From Geothrix sp. PMB-07 (GTDB lineage: Bacteria > Acidobacteriota > Holophagae > Holophagales > Holophagaceae): DNA of 40,000 nt. The translations under genes and the position numbers were made by a program. The DNA is taken from NCBI RefSeq assembly GCF_030758935.1, contig NZ_CP132333.1:704992-744991 (forward strand), written 5' to 3'. Numbering within the stretch: position 1 is the stretch's first letter; each line of letters begins with the position of its first letter. Below are positions 14,173 to 21,622 of this stretch, piece by piece. Under the pieces are notes generated by a model. That model was given only the letters and a program-made list of their open reading frames with translations, was not told where the DNA came from and did no database searches.

Positions 14173-14254
14173 GAGCCGTGGCGCAGTGTTCATGCTTGGA
14201 GGTCGGTCCCAAGGGTAGCGTAATGGGCGAACCCCTGGGGGGAGGAGTATTCCC

Positions 14255-15265
14255 GTGAATGAAGGGTTTAGGCAGACCGGTGAGGGGCGCACGGAGGAGG
14301 AAGGGCGGCCTCCGAAACTGCTGGATCAGCTGCGCACGGCGCTCCGGGTTCGGCGCTACAGCCTCCGCACGGAGGATGCCTACGTGGACTGGGTGAAGCG
14401 CTTCATCCTGTTCTCCGGCACGCGCCATCCGAGCGCCCTGGGGGCGGTGGACGTGGGGGCCTTCCTCAACCACCTGGCGGTGGATCGGCGGGTGTCGGGA
14501 TCGACGCAGAATCAGGCGAAGTCGGCTCTGCTTTTCCTCTACCGGGAGCTGCTGGGGGTGGAGCTGCCCTGGCTTTCGGAGGTGGTGCAGGCCAAGCGCC
14601 CCCCGCGCCTGCCGGTGGTGCTCACCCCTGGCGAGGTGCGGATCCTGCTGGATCAGCTGGAGGGCACCATGGGTCTGGTGGTTCAGGTGCTCTACGGGAC
14701 GGGCATGCGGTTGATGGAGGGGCTGCGCCTGCGGGTGAAGGACGTGGAGTTCGAGCGGCGGGAAATCACGATTCGGGACGGGAAGGGCGGAAAGGATCGC
14801 GTCACCATGCTGCCGGACCGCCTGGTCGCGCCGCTGCGGGCGCATCTGGAGCGGGTGCGGGTGCTGCACGAGCGCGATCTGGCCGAGGGGTTCGGCGAGG
14901 TGTTCCTGCCGGATGCGCTGGCGGACAAGTTCAAGGCGGCGCCCCGGTCCTGGGGCTGGCAGTGGGTGTTCCCCTCGAACCTGCGGTCGGTGGACCCCCG
15001 CTCGGGCCTCACCCGCCGCCACCACCTCCAGCCGGAGAGCGTGCAGAAGGCCGTCCGCCTGGCGGCGCGGGCGGGGGAGCTGGTGAAGCCGGTGACCCCC
15101 CATGTGCTACGCCACAGCTTTGCGACCCACCTGCTGGCGGGGGGGCACGACATCCGCACGGTGCAGGAGCTGCTGGGGCACAAGGATGTGGCCACGACCA
15201 TGATCTACACGCACGTGCTCAATCGGGGCGGGCGCGGCGTGGCGAGCCCGCTGGACGGGCTCTGA
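14255..15265 (+). CDS. intI: Integron integrase IntI (tyrosine recombinase, 336 aa)
   Basis: [32 protein letters not shown] at the N-terminus. The integron-specific insertion [38 protein letters not shown] is present. Catalytic motifs are present: [26 protein letters not shown] and [17 protein letters not shown] start with GGAGGAG 7 nt upstream. Confidence 0.95.
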   Translation: MNEGFRQTGEGRTEEEGRPPKLLDQLRTALRVRRYSLRTEDAYVDWVKRFILFSGTRHPSALGAVDVGAFLNHLAVDRRVSGSTQNQAKSALLFLYRELLGVELPWLSEVVQAKRPPRLPVVLTPGEVRILLDQLEGTMGLVVQVLYGTGMRLMEGLRLRVKDVEFERREITIRDGKGGKDRVTMLPDRLVAPLRAHLERVRVLHERDLAEGFGEVFLPDALADKFKAAPRSWGWQWVFPSNLRSVDPRSGLTRRHHLQPESVQKAVRLAARAGELVKPVTPHVLRHSFATHLLAGGHDIRTVQELLGHKDVATTMIYTHVLNRGGRGVASPLDGL

Positions 15266-15660
15266 GGGGCGCGGCCCGCGGGGGCTGAACCTGTGCTGAA
15301 CCTGCGCTCAACTCGCGTTGGATTGAAGATGGGCGGAGGTGATCGCAGGTGGTCGCGGCAGAAGGCCGGTGAAGGCCATGGCGAGCGGAGGTCGGGGCCT
15401 GGGATGAAGGTCCGGCTGTCCACGACTCGGGTTCTTTGCGATCAAGGGTGGTAGGGCTTTCCCAAGCGGGGGCCTCCTCGTTCGTCGGTGGCCAAGGCCC
15501 TGGCCGCGGGGGCGGCGCCGGTCCTGGCGGAGGCTGGAGGCGGGGAACTCGGTCAGGCCGCGAGCGGAGGGGCATTCCCGTGGGTCAGGCCCGGCGCATG
15601 TCCGTCCGCCCGGCTGGGCGGTCGGGGGCAAGCCCTGGTTCCGCAGGGTAGACTCGGCCC

Positions 15661-16032
15661 ATGCATCTTTCGGATCGGGCGTTCCGCAGGCTGGTGGACG
15701 AGGCGCTGGGGCGGATCCCGGAGGCGTTCCGGCCCTACCTGGACGGGGTGCCGGTGGTCATCGAGGATTGGGCTCCGGACGCGCTTCTGGATGAGATGGG
15801 CGTTCCCGAGGACGACACCCTGTACGGGCTGTATTCGGGCCATGCCCTCACCGAGGGGCCGCCGGAGCCCGGGGACCTGCCCCCTCGCATCACGATCTTC
15901 CGAGGGCCGCTGCTGGAGGACTGCGTGGACGAGGAGGACTTGCGGGAGGAGATCGCCACCACGGTCATCCATGAGATCGCCCATCACTTCGGCATCGATG
16001 AGGCAAGGCTGGAAGAACTGGGCTGGGGTTGA
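15661..16032 (+). CDS. Zincin-like metallopeptidase family protein (DUF1025/Zincin_1-like, 123 aa)
   Basis: FRRLVDEALGRIPEAF...VVIEDWAP...LYGLYSG...IHEIAHHFGIDE, an HExxH motif in the typical family context. Confidence 0.78.
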   Translation: MHLSDRAFRRLVDEALGRIPEAFRPYLDGVPVVIEDWAPDALLDEMGVPEDDTLYGLYSGHALTEGPPEPGDLPPRITIFRGPLLEDCVDEEDLREEIATTVIHEIAHHFGIDEARLEELGWG

Positions 16033-16060
16033 GTCCTGTGCCTGGTGGAAGGGGATGTTG

Positions 16061-16272
16061 GCCACGGATGAACACAGATGGACACGGATGGATGGAACCA
16101 GCCTCCTAGGCTATGAGGTGATACCAGGTTGCGTTCAATCCAATAGAACAGAACTTTCACCACCAAGGCGCCTTGGCGGTGTTCCTTATCCTTTGAATTC
16201 AAATCCGTATGAGGCGTCGGATTGCCGCTGGGCCGAGCCTGTTATCTGTGTTCATCCGTGTTCATCCGTGGC
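16061..16272. repeat. Intergenic hairpin repeat, 10-bp-phased CACGGAT/CACAGAT subfamily, long copy (212 bp)
   Basis: The left arm GCCACGGATGAACACAGATGGACACGGATGGATGGAACC (16061-16099) is complementary to the right arm ATCTGTGTTCATCCGTGTTCATCCGTGGC (16244-16272). The interior contains the perfect palindrome CCAAGGCGCCTTGG. Confidence 0.8.
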
Positions 16273-16351
16273 GAATCGGTCTTTTGCGGTTCATCTCCCG
16301 CGGGCCTCGCTATGCTGATCGATCCGGATTGATGCCGGACGGGGTTCTGCG

Positions 16352-17242
16352 ATGGTCAAGCGCATCTGGTCCACCCTCAAGGGCAGCTTCGCCAGCTCGG
16401 TGCTGGCGGCCAATGCCGTGACCATTTTTTCGGGCATGATCCCCGTGGCTCTGCTGAAGCTGGCCTTGCCTTTTGCGGCCGTGCGCCGTCGGGCGGACCG
16501 GGCGCTCACGGCCCTGGCCGAGGGGTGGATCGCGGTGAACGGGTGGTGGATGGCACTGGTGCAACGCATCCGCTGGGATGTGAAGGGCCTGGAGGGGCTG
16601 CGCCGCAAGGGCTGGTACCTGGTGAGCAGCAACCATCAGAGTTGGGTGGACATCCTGGTGCTGCAGAAGGTCTTCCACCGCCGCGTGCCCTTCCTGAAGT
16701 TCTTCCTCAAGCGCCAGCTGATCTACGTGCCGGTCATGGGCCTCGCCTGGTGGGCGCTGGATTTCCCCTTCATGCGACGCCGCACGGGCAGCCGCTCTGC
16801 GGACCTGGATACCGCGCGCAAGGCCTGCGAAAAGTTCCGGCGGATTCCCACCTCGGTGATGAACTTTCTGGAGGGCACCCGGTTCAGCCGCGCCAAGCAT
16901 GACGCGCAGCAGTCGCCCTACCGGCACCTGCTGAAACCCAAGGTGGGCGGCCTGGCCACGGCGCTCAGCGCCATGGGGGAACGCTTCGATGCCCTGCTGG
17001 ATGTCACCATCGTCTACCCCGAAGGCGTGCCCACCTTCTGGGACCTGCTGTCGGGCCGTCTGAAGGCGGTGGTGGTGCGGGTGCATGAGCGGGCGATCCC
17101 CAAGGATCTGTTGGATGGCGACTACGAGGGCGATCCGGCCTTCCGCGCGCGCATGCAGCGCTTCGTCCACGACATGTGGGCGGAGAAGGATGCCCGCATC
17201 GAAGAGATCGTGCTGTCGCTGCGGGGCCGGGCCGAGGCTTGA
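16352..17242 (+). CDS. PlsC-family acyltransferase (YihG-like, 296 aa)
   Basis: NHQSWVDILVL (HX4D acyltransferase motif), FLEGTRFS (EGTR motif) and N-terminal TM helices. Confidence 0.83.
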   Translation: MVKRIWSTLKGSFASSVLAANAVTIFSGMIPVALLKLALPFAAVRRRADRALTALAEGWIAVNGWWMALVQRIRWDVKGLEGLRRKGWYLVSSNHQSWVDILVLQKVFHRRVPFLKFFLKRQLIYVPVMGLAWWALDFPFMRRRTGSRSADLDTARKACEKFRRIPTSVMNFLEGTRFSRAKHDAQQSPYRHLLKPKVGGLATALSAMGERFDALLDVTIVYPEGVPTFWDLLSGRLKAVVVRVHERAIPKDLLDGDYEGDPAFRARMQRFVHDMWAEKDARIEEIVLSLRGRAEA

Positions 17243-17258
17243 TACCTCTCTCTCAAAG

Positions 17259-17322
17259 ACAGAGATTCACCACGGAGGCGCTGAGACCACCGAGATGGCA
17301 CGGAGGCCTCCGTGGTGGATCC
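17259..17322. repeat. Degenerate member of the hairpin repeat family; probable bidirectional terminator between convergent genes
   Basis: CACCACGGAGGC (17268-17279) is perfectly complementary to GCCTCCGTGGTG (17306-17317). An adjacent 16-bp palindrome CACGGAGGCCTCCGTG is also present. The ends ACAGAGATTCAC... and ...GTGGATCC resemble the family arms. Confidence 0.5.
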
Positions 17323-17357
17323 TTCCGATTGAAGGCCCGCGGAGCCTGAAAAGCCGG

Positions 17358-19055
17358 TTAGATGAGCAGCAGCGTGCCGAAGCAGGAGCCCATGACCGGG
17401 GGTCGGCCGGGGAGGCGCGCTTCGTAGAGGCCGGCGAGGCCCGCGTCCGGATGGAAGGGGCTGGCCTGGGGCAGGACGAGGTCGCGGAAGCAGGTCTGGG
17501 CGCACAGGTTCGAGGCCAGGGCCGCTTCGTCGCCGGCCTTGATCTGGGCGGTGCTGAAGGCGCGGGAGGAGCCCTTGTGGTGGATCAGGCGCTTGCGGAT
17601 GCGGTCGAAGAGCCCCGCGTAGGCCTCCACTGAAACGGGCGCGCCCAGGCGCTGCAGGCGATCCAGGGTGGCGAAGATGTGCAGCAGCACCTGCACCGAG
17701 ATGCGGGGGGTGGCATCCCCGCTGCGGAAGCGCTCCTGGATGGCCGCGAAGGCCTCCAGGGGGCCCTGCAGTTTGGCCTTGGAGAAGCCCGCGGCGTGGG
17801 CCAGATGCGCGCCGAAGATCAGCATCGTGCCGCGGTCACCCAGATCGTAGGGGGCGGCGCGGGCCGCCTCGACCACGGCCTCCACGGCCTGGCGCACGAA
17901 GCGGTCGAGGAGGATCCCCGGCGCGAAGTTGCGTCCGCGCGCGGCGTGGGCGAGTACCAGGGCCAGGCGGAAGAACTGCCCATCGCGGATGCGGGTGTCC
18001 TGCAGCAGCTCGGCCTGCACGCGATGGACGGCCTCGAAGAGGTGGATGCGCTGCTCGGCCTGGGCCTCGTCGCCGGAGATGCCGCCATCGGCCAGGAAGA
18101 CATCGGCCATGTAGGGCAGGTGCCAGCCCGACGCGGCCACTGAGGGTGGCAGCAGGGGCTTCATGCGTTGGTTGGCCGCGGCCAGGCGCTCGCGGTTGCA
18201 CCAGAGGAAGGCCTTCTTGGGCTCGCCCCGGTAGGTCCGCATGAGGCGCACCAGGAAGCCGATCTTGGCGCGGAGGGGATGGAGGTCCGCGAAGGCCGGC
18301 AGGCGCTCGAAGGCCTCCAGCAGCTCGTCGTATTCGCCCACCACGGCGGAGGGGCGGTCACCGAGGGCAGCGCGATCCACCAGCAGGGACATGAGGGCGG
18401 AGGGGTCTTCCCGGAAGTGGCCGTAGCTTTCGCCGCGTAGGCTCGATCCGAAGGCGGTGTGCAGCGACATCTCCAGCAGCTCGATGATGGGGGCCTCGGG
18501 CAGGGCCGCCTCGCCGGCGGGCGTGAGGCGGAAGAAGCCCTGGCCTTCCACCTGGGTGCCGGGCAGAGCCTCCTTCTTGGTCTGATCCAGCTCCCGGTCC
18601 GTGGCCGCCAGGCGGTCGAGGCATTCGCGGCCCTCCACCTGCAGGTGCTCCAGGATGCGCTCCAGGTGGGGCATCACGTCCTGGGGAGCGGCCACGCCCC
18701 GCACCTGGAGCTTCAGGAGCTCGAGGTACTGCAGGAGGTGGCGGAGGTCGGGATCGTCCGCACGGGGGCCTGCGTGGCCTCCGAAACCGGGCAGCAGGCT
18801 GGCCAGCCGCGACTTCGGCGCCAGCTGCCGCTGCAGACGGTCCACACAGCCCTTGGCTTCGACGATCTTGCGATGGGTGTCCTGCAAGGCCTCGTAGCGG
18901 CTTTCCAGGCTGGCCTGCTTGGGCCGCTCATCGCGCTGGATGAGGCCCCGCGCCACCAGGTCGTCGAGGTTTGCGGGGCTGAGGGCCCCCGGGCGCACCA
19001 CCTCCGTGGCGGCCAGCAGCTTGAGGTGGTCGAGCCAGGCGGGTGAAGCGTTCAT
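17358..19055 (-). CDS. Large hypothetical protein (about 565 aa), no family recognised
   Basis: A long ORF with protein-like composition. The track start at 19199 (GTG) would run through the repeat at 19177-19264. I trimmed it to ATG at 19055 (MNASPAWLDHLKLL). The ATGs at 19082 and 19100 remain possible starts. Confidence 0.6.
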   Translation of the reverse strand: MNASPAWLDHLKLLAATEVVRPGALSPANLDDLVARGLIQRDERPKQASLESRYEALQDTHRKIVEAKGCVDRLQRQLAPKSRLASLLPGFGGHAGPRADDPDLRHLLQYLELLKLQVRGVAAPQDVMPHLERILEHLQVEGRECLDRLAATDRELDQTKKEALPGTQVEGQGFFRLTPAGEAALPEAPIIELLEMSLHTAFGSSLRGESYGHFREDPSALMSLLVDRAALGDRPSAVVGEYDELLEAFERLPAFADLHPLRAKIGFLVRLMRTYRGEPKKAFLWCNRERLAAANQRMKPLLPPSVAASGWHLPYMADVFLADGGISGDEAQAEQRIHLFEAVHRVQAELLQDTRIRDGQFFRLALVLAHAARGRNFAPGILLDRFVRQAVEAVVEAARAAPYDLGDRGTMLIFGAHLAHAAGFSKAKLQGPLEAFAAIQERFRSGDATPRISVQVLLHIFATLDRLQRLGAPVSVEAYAGLFDRIRKRLIHHKGSSRAFSTAQIKAGDEAALASNLCAQTCFRDLVLPQASPFHPDAGLAGLYEARLPGRPPVMGSCFGTLLLI

Positions 19056-19176
19056 GGGGGGAAGGGTCCTGGTGGGCGCCATGGGGCGCTGGCATGTCAT
19101 CGGCGGAGGAAGATCGATGCCCAAGAATGGTGAACTCGAGGGCCTTGGAGGGGGCCACAAACCGAAAAGCAGATAA

Positions 19177-19264
19177 GCCACAGATGAACACAGATGCACA
19201 CGGATAAATGGAACCTGGCTTCTCGCCTATCTTGCATCTGTGCTCATCCGTGTCCATCTGTGGC
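19177..19264. repeat. Intergenic hairpin repeat, 10-bp-phased subfamily, short copy (88 bp)
   Basis: GCCACAGATGAACACAGATGCACACGGAT (left) against CATCTGTGCTCATCCGTGTCCATCTGTGGC (right). The loop begins AAATGGAACC, as in the 16061 copy. Confidence 0.8.
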
Positions 19265-19295
19265 AGATGGGTATTCCCTGGTGGCCCCAAATACA

Positions 19296-19323
19296 ACAGA
19301 CCCGGCTTCGGGGCCGGGTCTGT
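19296..19323 (-). terminator. Candidate Rho-independent terminator downstream of serC
   Basis: A 10-bp GC-rich stem, ACAGACCCGG pairing with CCGGGTCTGT, lies 20 nt after the serC stop. On the minus strand it is followed by TGTATTTGG. Confidence 0.55.
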
Positions 19324-19343
19324 TGCGTACGGTGGTTCCGGTC

Positions 19344-20441
19344 TCAACCGTTGGTCTTGACGAACTGCTCCATGAAGTCGACGAGGGTCTTCACGTTGTC
19401 CACGGTGACGGCGTTGTAGGTGCTGACGCGGATGCCGCCGATGTCGCGGTAGCCCTTCAGGCCCACCATGCCGTTCTTCTTGGCTTCCTTCACGAACTGG
19501 TCGTCCAGCTCGGGGGTGGGCAGGAAGAAGTCCACGTTCATGAGGCTGCGGTGCGCCTTCTCGGTGACGAAGCCCTTGTAGAAGCCCGCGTGGCGGTCGA
19601 TGCAGCCATAGAGCAGCTCACCCTTCTGGCGGTTGGCGGCCTCGATGGCCTTCAGGCCGCCCAGGCTCTTGTTGTAGGCCAGCACGTTGCGCAGGATGTA
19701 GATGCCGAAGGTGGGCGGAGTGTTGTAGAGGCTGTTCTTCTCGGCGTGCAGCTTGAAGCGTAGGTAGCTGGGCAGGTCCTGGGCCTCGCACATCTCGAGA
19801 ACATCGTCGCGGACGATGGTGAGCGTGACGCCGCTGGGGCCGAGGTTCTTCTGGGCACCGCCGTAGATGAGGCCGAAAGGGCTCACATCAAAGGGCCGCC
19901 ACATGAAGTCGCTGCTCATGTCGCAGATCAAGGGCACGTTGGCCTTGGGGAACTCCTGCCACTGGGTGCCTTCCACGGTGTTGTTGGAGGTGAAGTGCAG
20001 GAAGGAGCTGTCGGGGCTCAGCTTGATCTCATCGGCGAAGGGCAGGCGGCTGAACTTCTGCTCCTTGGTGCTGGCGGCGATGCGGATGTTGTCGCCGCCG
20101 ACGAGCTTGGCTTCCTTGGCGGCCTTCTCGGCCCAGTTGCCGGTGACGATGTAGTCGGCCTTGCGGCCACCGCGCATCAGGTTCAAGGGAATCATGCCGA
20201 AGCTCAGGTGCGCGCCGCCCTGCAGCAGCAGCACCTTGTAGTTGTCGGGCAGGCCCATCAGCTCCTTGGTGAGGCTGATGGCTTCTTCGTGCACCGCGTC
20301 GTATTCCTTGGAGCGGTGGCTGACTTCCATGACGGACATGCCAGTGCCGGCGAAGTCCAGCAGCTCTTCCTTGGCGCGCTCGAGGGCGGGCAGGGGCAGA
20401 CCGGCAGGGCCGGCGTAGAAGTTGATCGCGCGATGGGTCAT
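19344..20441 (-). CDS. serC: Phosphoserine aminotransferase
   Basis: INFYAGPAGLPLPALERAKEELLDFAGTGMSVMEVSHRSKEY... is typical of SerC. I chose ATG at 20441 because AAGGAG lies 6 nt upstream. The track start at 20465 is a TTG. Confidence 0.92.
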   Translation of the reverse strand: MTHRAINFYAGPAGLPLPALERAKEELLDFAGTGMSVMEVSHRSKEYDAVHEEAISLTKELMGLPDNYKVLLLQGGAHLSFGMIPLNLMRGGRKADYIVTGNWAEKAAKEAKLVGGDNIRIAASTKEQKFSRLPFADEIKLSPDSSFLHFTSNNTVEGTQWQEFPKANVPLICDMSSDFMWRPFDVSPFGLIYGGAQKNLGPSGVTLTIVRDDVLEMCEAQDLPSYLRFKLHAEKNSLYNTPPTFGIYILRNVLAYNKSLGGLKAIEAANRQKGELLYGCIDRHAGFYKGFVTEKAHRSLMNVDFFLPTPELDDQFVKEAKKNGMVGLKGYRDIGGIRVSTYNAVTVDNVKTLVDFMEQFVKTNG

Positions 20442-20474
20442 GGGATGCTCCTTAGATTCGGACAAAGAATGGGG

Positions 20475-20590
20475 TCCACAGATTTCACGGATTCACACAG
20501 ATTTGATAAATCAATTGCGAAGGGGTCAGGTCCTGGATCCATTCAATTCTTAATCTGTGAAATCTGTGGAATCTGTGGAATCTGTGGATC
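20475..20590. repeat. Intergenic hairpin repeat, 9-bp-phased subfamily (116 bp)
   Basis: Left arm TCCACAGAT TTCACGGAT TCACACAGAT. The right arm has four tandem 9-mers: ATCTGTGAA ATCTGTGGA ATCTGTGGA ATCTGTGGA. It lies between serA and serC. Confidence 0.8.
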
Positions 20591-20608
20591 CAAAGTTTTT
20601 GAGGGGCT

Positions 20609-21481
20609 TTAGGCCTTGAAATCCGTAAGGATCAACACCACTTCATCCCCGATGCGGCCCAGGTTCTCCTTGGAGCTGGCGCCGATGTGGGGGGCCATGA
20701 AGACGTTGGGGGCGCTGAGCAGGGGGCAGTCGGCCGGCGGGGGATCGCTGGGCCACACGTCGGTGCCGTAGGCTTTCACCTTGCCGCTGGTGAGGGCGGC
20801 CACGAGGTCGGCCTCGTTCACGCACTTGCCGCGGCCGGTGTTGATGATCATGACGCCATCCTTGGCCTTGGCCAGGAAGCCGGCGTTGATCATGCCGCGG
20901 GTCTCGTCGGTGAGCGGGGTGTGCAGGCTGATGACGTCGGCCTTGGCGGCCAGTTCATCGAGGCTCACCAGCTTGGCGATGGGGTGTTCTTTGAGGAAGG
21001 GATCGAAGGCGATCACTTCCATGCCGAAGGCCTGGGCGCGCTTGGCCACTTCGCTGGCGATGGCGCCGGCGCCGATGAGGCCCAGGGTCTTCTTGAAGAG
21101 CTCCGTGCGCTTCAGCTCGTTCTTGAGGAACTTGCCTTCCTTCATCGAGACATGGGCCTCGATGAGGCGGGCGGGGATGGCCACCATGAAGGCCATGGCC
21201 ATTTCCGCCACGGCCACGCTGCTGGCGCGGGGCGTGTTCACGGCCTTGATGCCCTTCTCGGCGCAGAGCTTCTTGTCCACGTTGTCCATGCCCACGCCGC
21301 CGCGGATCACCAGCTTGAGGGCCGGGGCCTTGGCGATCAGGTCGGCATTGACCTGGGTCTTGGAGCGGACGAGGAGCACTTCGGCGGTGCCGAGGGTGGC
21401 CATGTCGGAGCTGACGGTGCCGAAGGCGGCGAGGCGCTCGGGCAGTTTGGCGTCAAAGGCGTCTGCGATGAGGATGTTCAT
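20609..21481 (-). CDS. serA: D-isomer-specific 2-hydroxyacid dehydrogenase, probable short-form D-3-phosphoglycerate dehydrogenase (290 aa)
   Basis: NAD-binding segment GLIGAGAIASEVAKRAQAFGMEVIAFDP and catalytic-region MAPHIGASS. It is adjacent to and co-directional with serC. GGAG lies upstream of ATG at 21481. Confidence 0.75.
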   Translation of the reverse strand: MNILIADAFDAKLPERLAAFGTVSSDMATLGTAEVLLVRSKTQVNADLIAKAPALKLVIRGGVGMDNVDKKLCAEKGIKAVNTPRASSVAVAEMAMAFMVAIPARLIEAHVSMKEGKFLKNELKRTELFKKTLGLIGAGAIASEVAKRAQAFGMEVIAFDPFLKEHPIAKLVSLDELAAKADVISLHTPLTDETRGMINAGFLAKAKDGVMIINTGRGKCVNEADLVAALTSGKVKAYGTDVWPSDPPPADCPLLSAPNVFMAPHIGASSKENLGRIGDEVVLILTDFKA

Positions 21482-21507
21482 GGGTGCTCCACAAAAAAGA
21501 AAAGCCA

Positions 21508-21613
21508 GTCCACAGATTTCACGGATTCACACAGATTCAAAAGCAACAGTAAAACAAGAATGGAACTGAATTCTGACAGTTCAGATCTGTGAAATCCGTG
21601 GAATCTGTGGATC
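21508..21613. repeat. Intergenic hairpin repeat, 9-bp-phased subfamily (106 bp)
   Basis: GTCCACAGATTTCACGGATTCACACAGATTC (left) against GATCTGTGAAATCCGTGGAATCTGTGGATC (right). It lies between the DUF1015 gene and serA. Confidence 0.8.
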
Positions 21614-21622
21614 AAAAAGAAG

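Larger units (their letters stand above)
1..15265. mobile_element. Chromosomal (sedentary-type) integron: intI, attI and 25 complete cassettes; the array continues past the left window edge
   Basis: An integron-type tyrosine recombinase lies at 14255-15265 (+). It is divergent from 25 recurring GCCTAAC...GTTAGGC imperfect palindromes (RYYYAAC/GTTRRRY boxes). All credible cassette ORFs are on the minus strand. The array is visibly AT-richer than the flanking GC-rich genes. Confidence 0.93.

Noticed and set aside
14145-14254. SOS (LexA) box overlapping the putative intI promoter, as occurs in many integrons
   Set aside because: No CTGT-N8-ACAG or GAAC-N4-GTTC type palindrome is present in this interval. 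The LexA motif of this lineage is unknown to me, so absence cannot be firmly concluded.
13856-15103. 415-aa minus-strand ORF overlapping intI
   Set aside because: It is a shadow ORF on the strand opposite a gene with unambiguous IntI motifs. Its translation is low-complexity (P/R/H/Q-rich), as is typical of GC-rich antisense frames.
16209-16421. 70-aa ORF starting inside the 16061-16272 repeat element
   Set aside because: It starts within the repeat interior and reads through the right arm into the upstream region of the acyltransferase gene. It has no ribosome-binding site and an implausible composition.
19056-19199. N-terminal extensions given by the ORF track for several genes (17358-19199, 19344-20465, 21623-22999, 23869-25389, 26455-28005, 29425-30465, 34616-35551, 36095-37348, 37411-39690)
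   Set aside because: The extensions run through intergenic repeats or into upstream genes, and they use GTG/TTG codons or lack ribosome-binding sites. Internal ATGs give canonical N-termini (signal peptides, conserved family starts), often with a good Shine-Dalgarno sequence.
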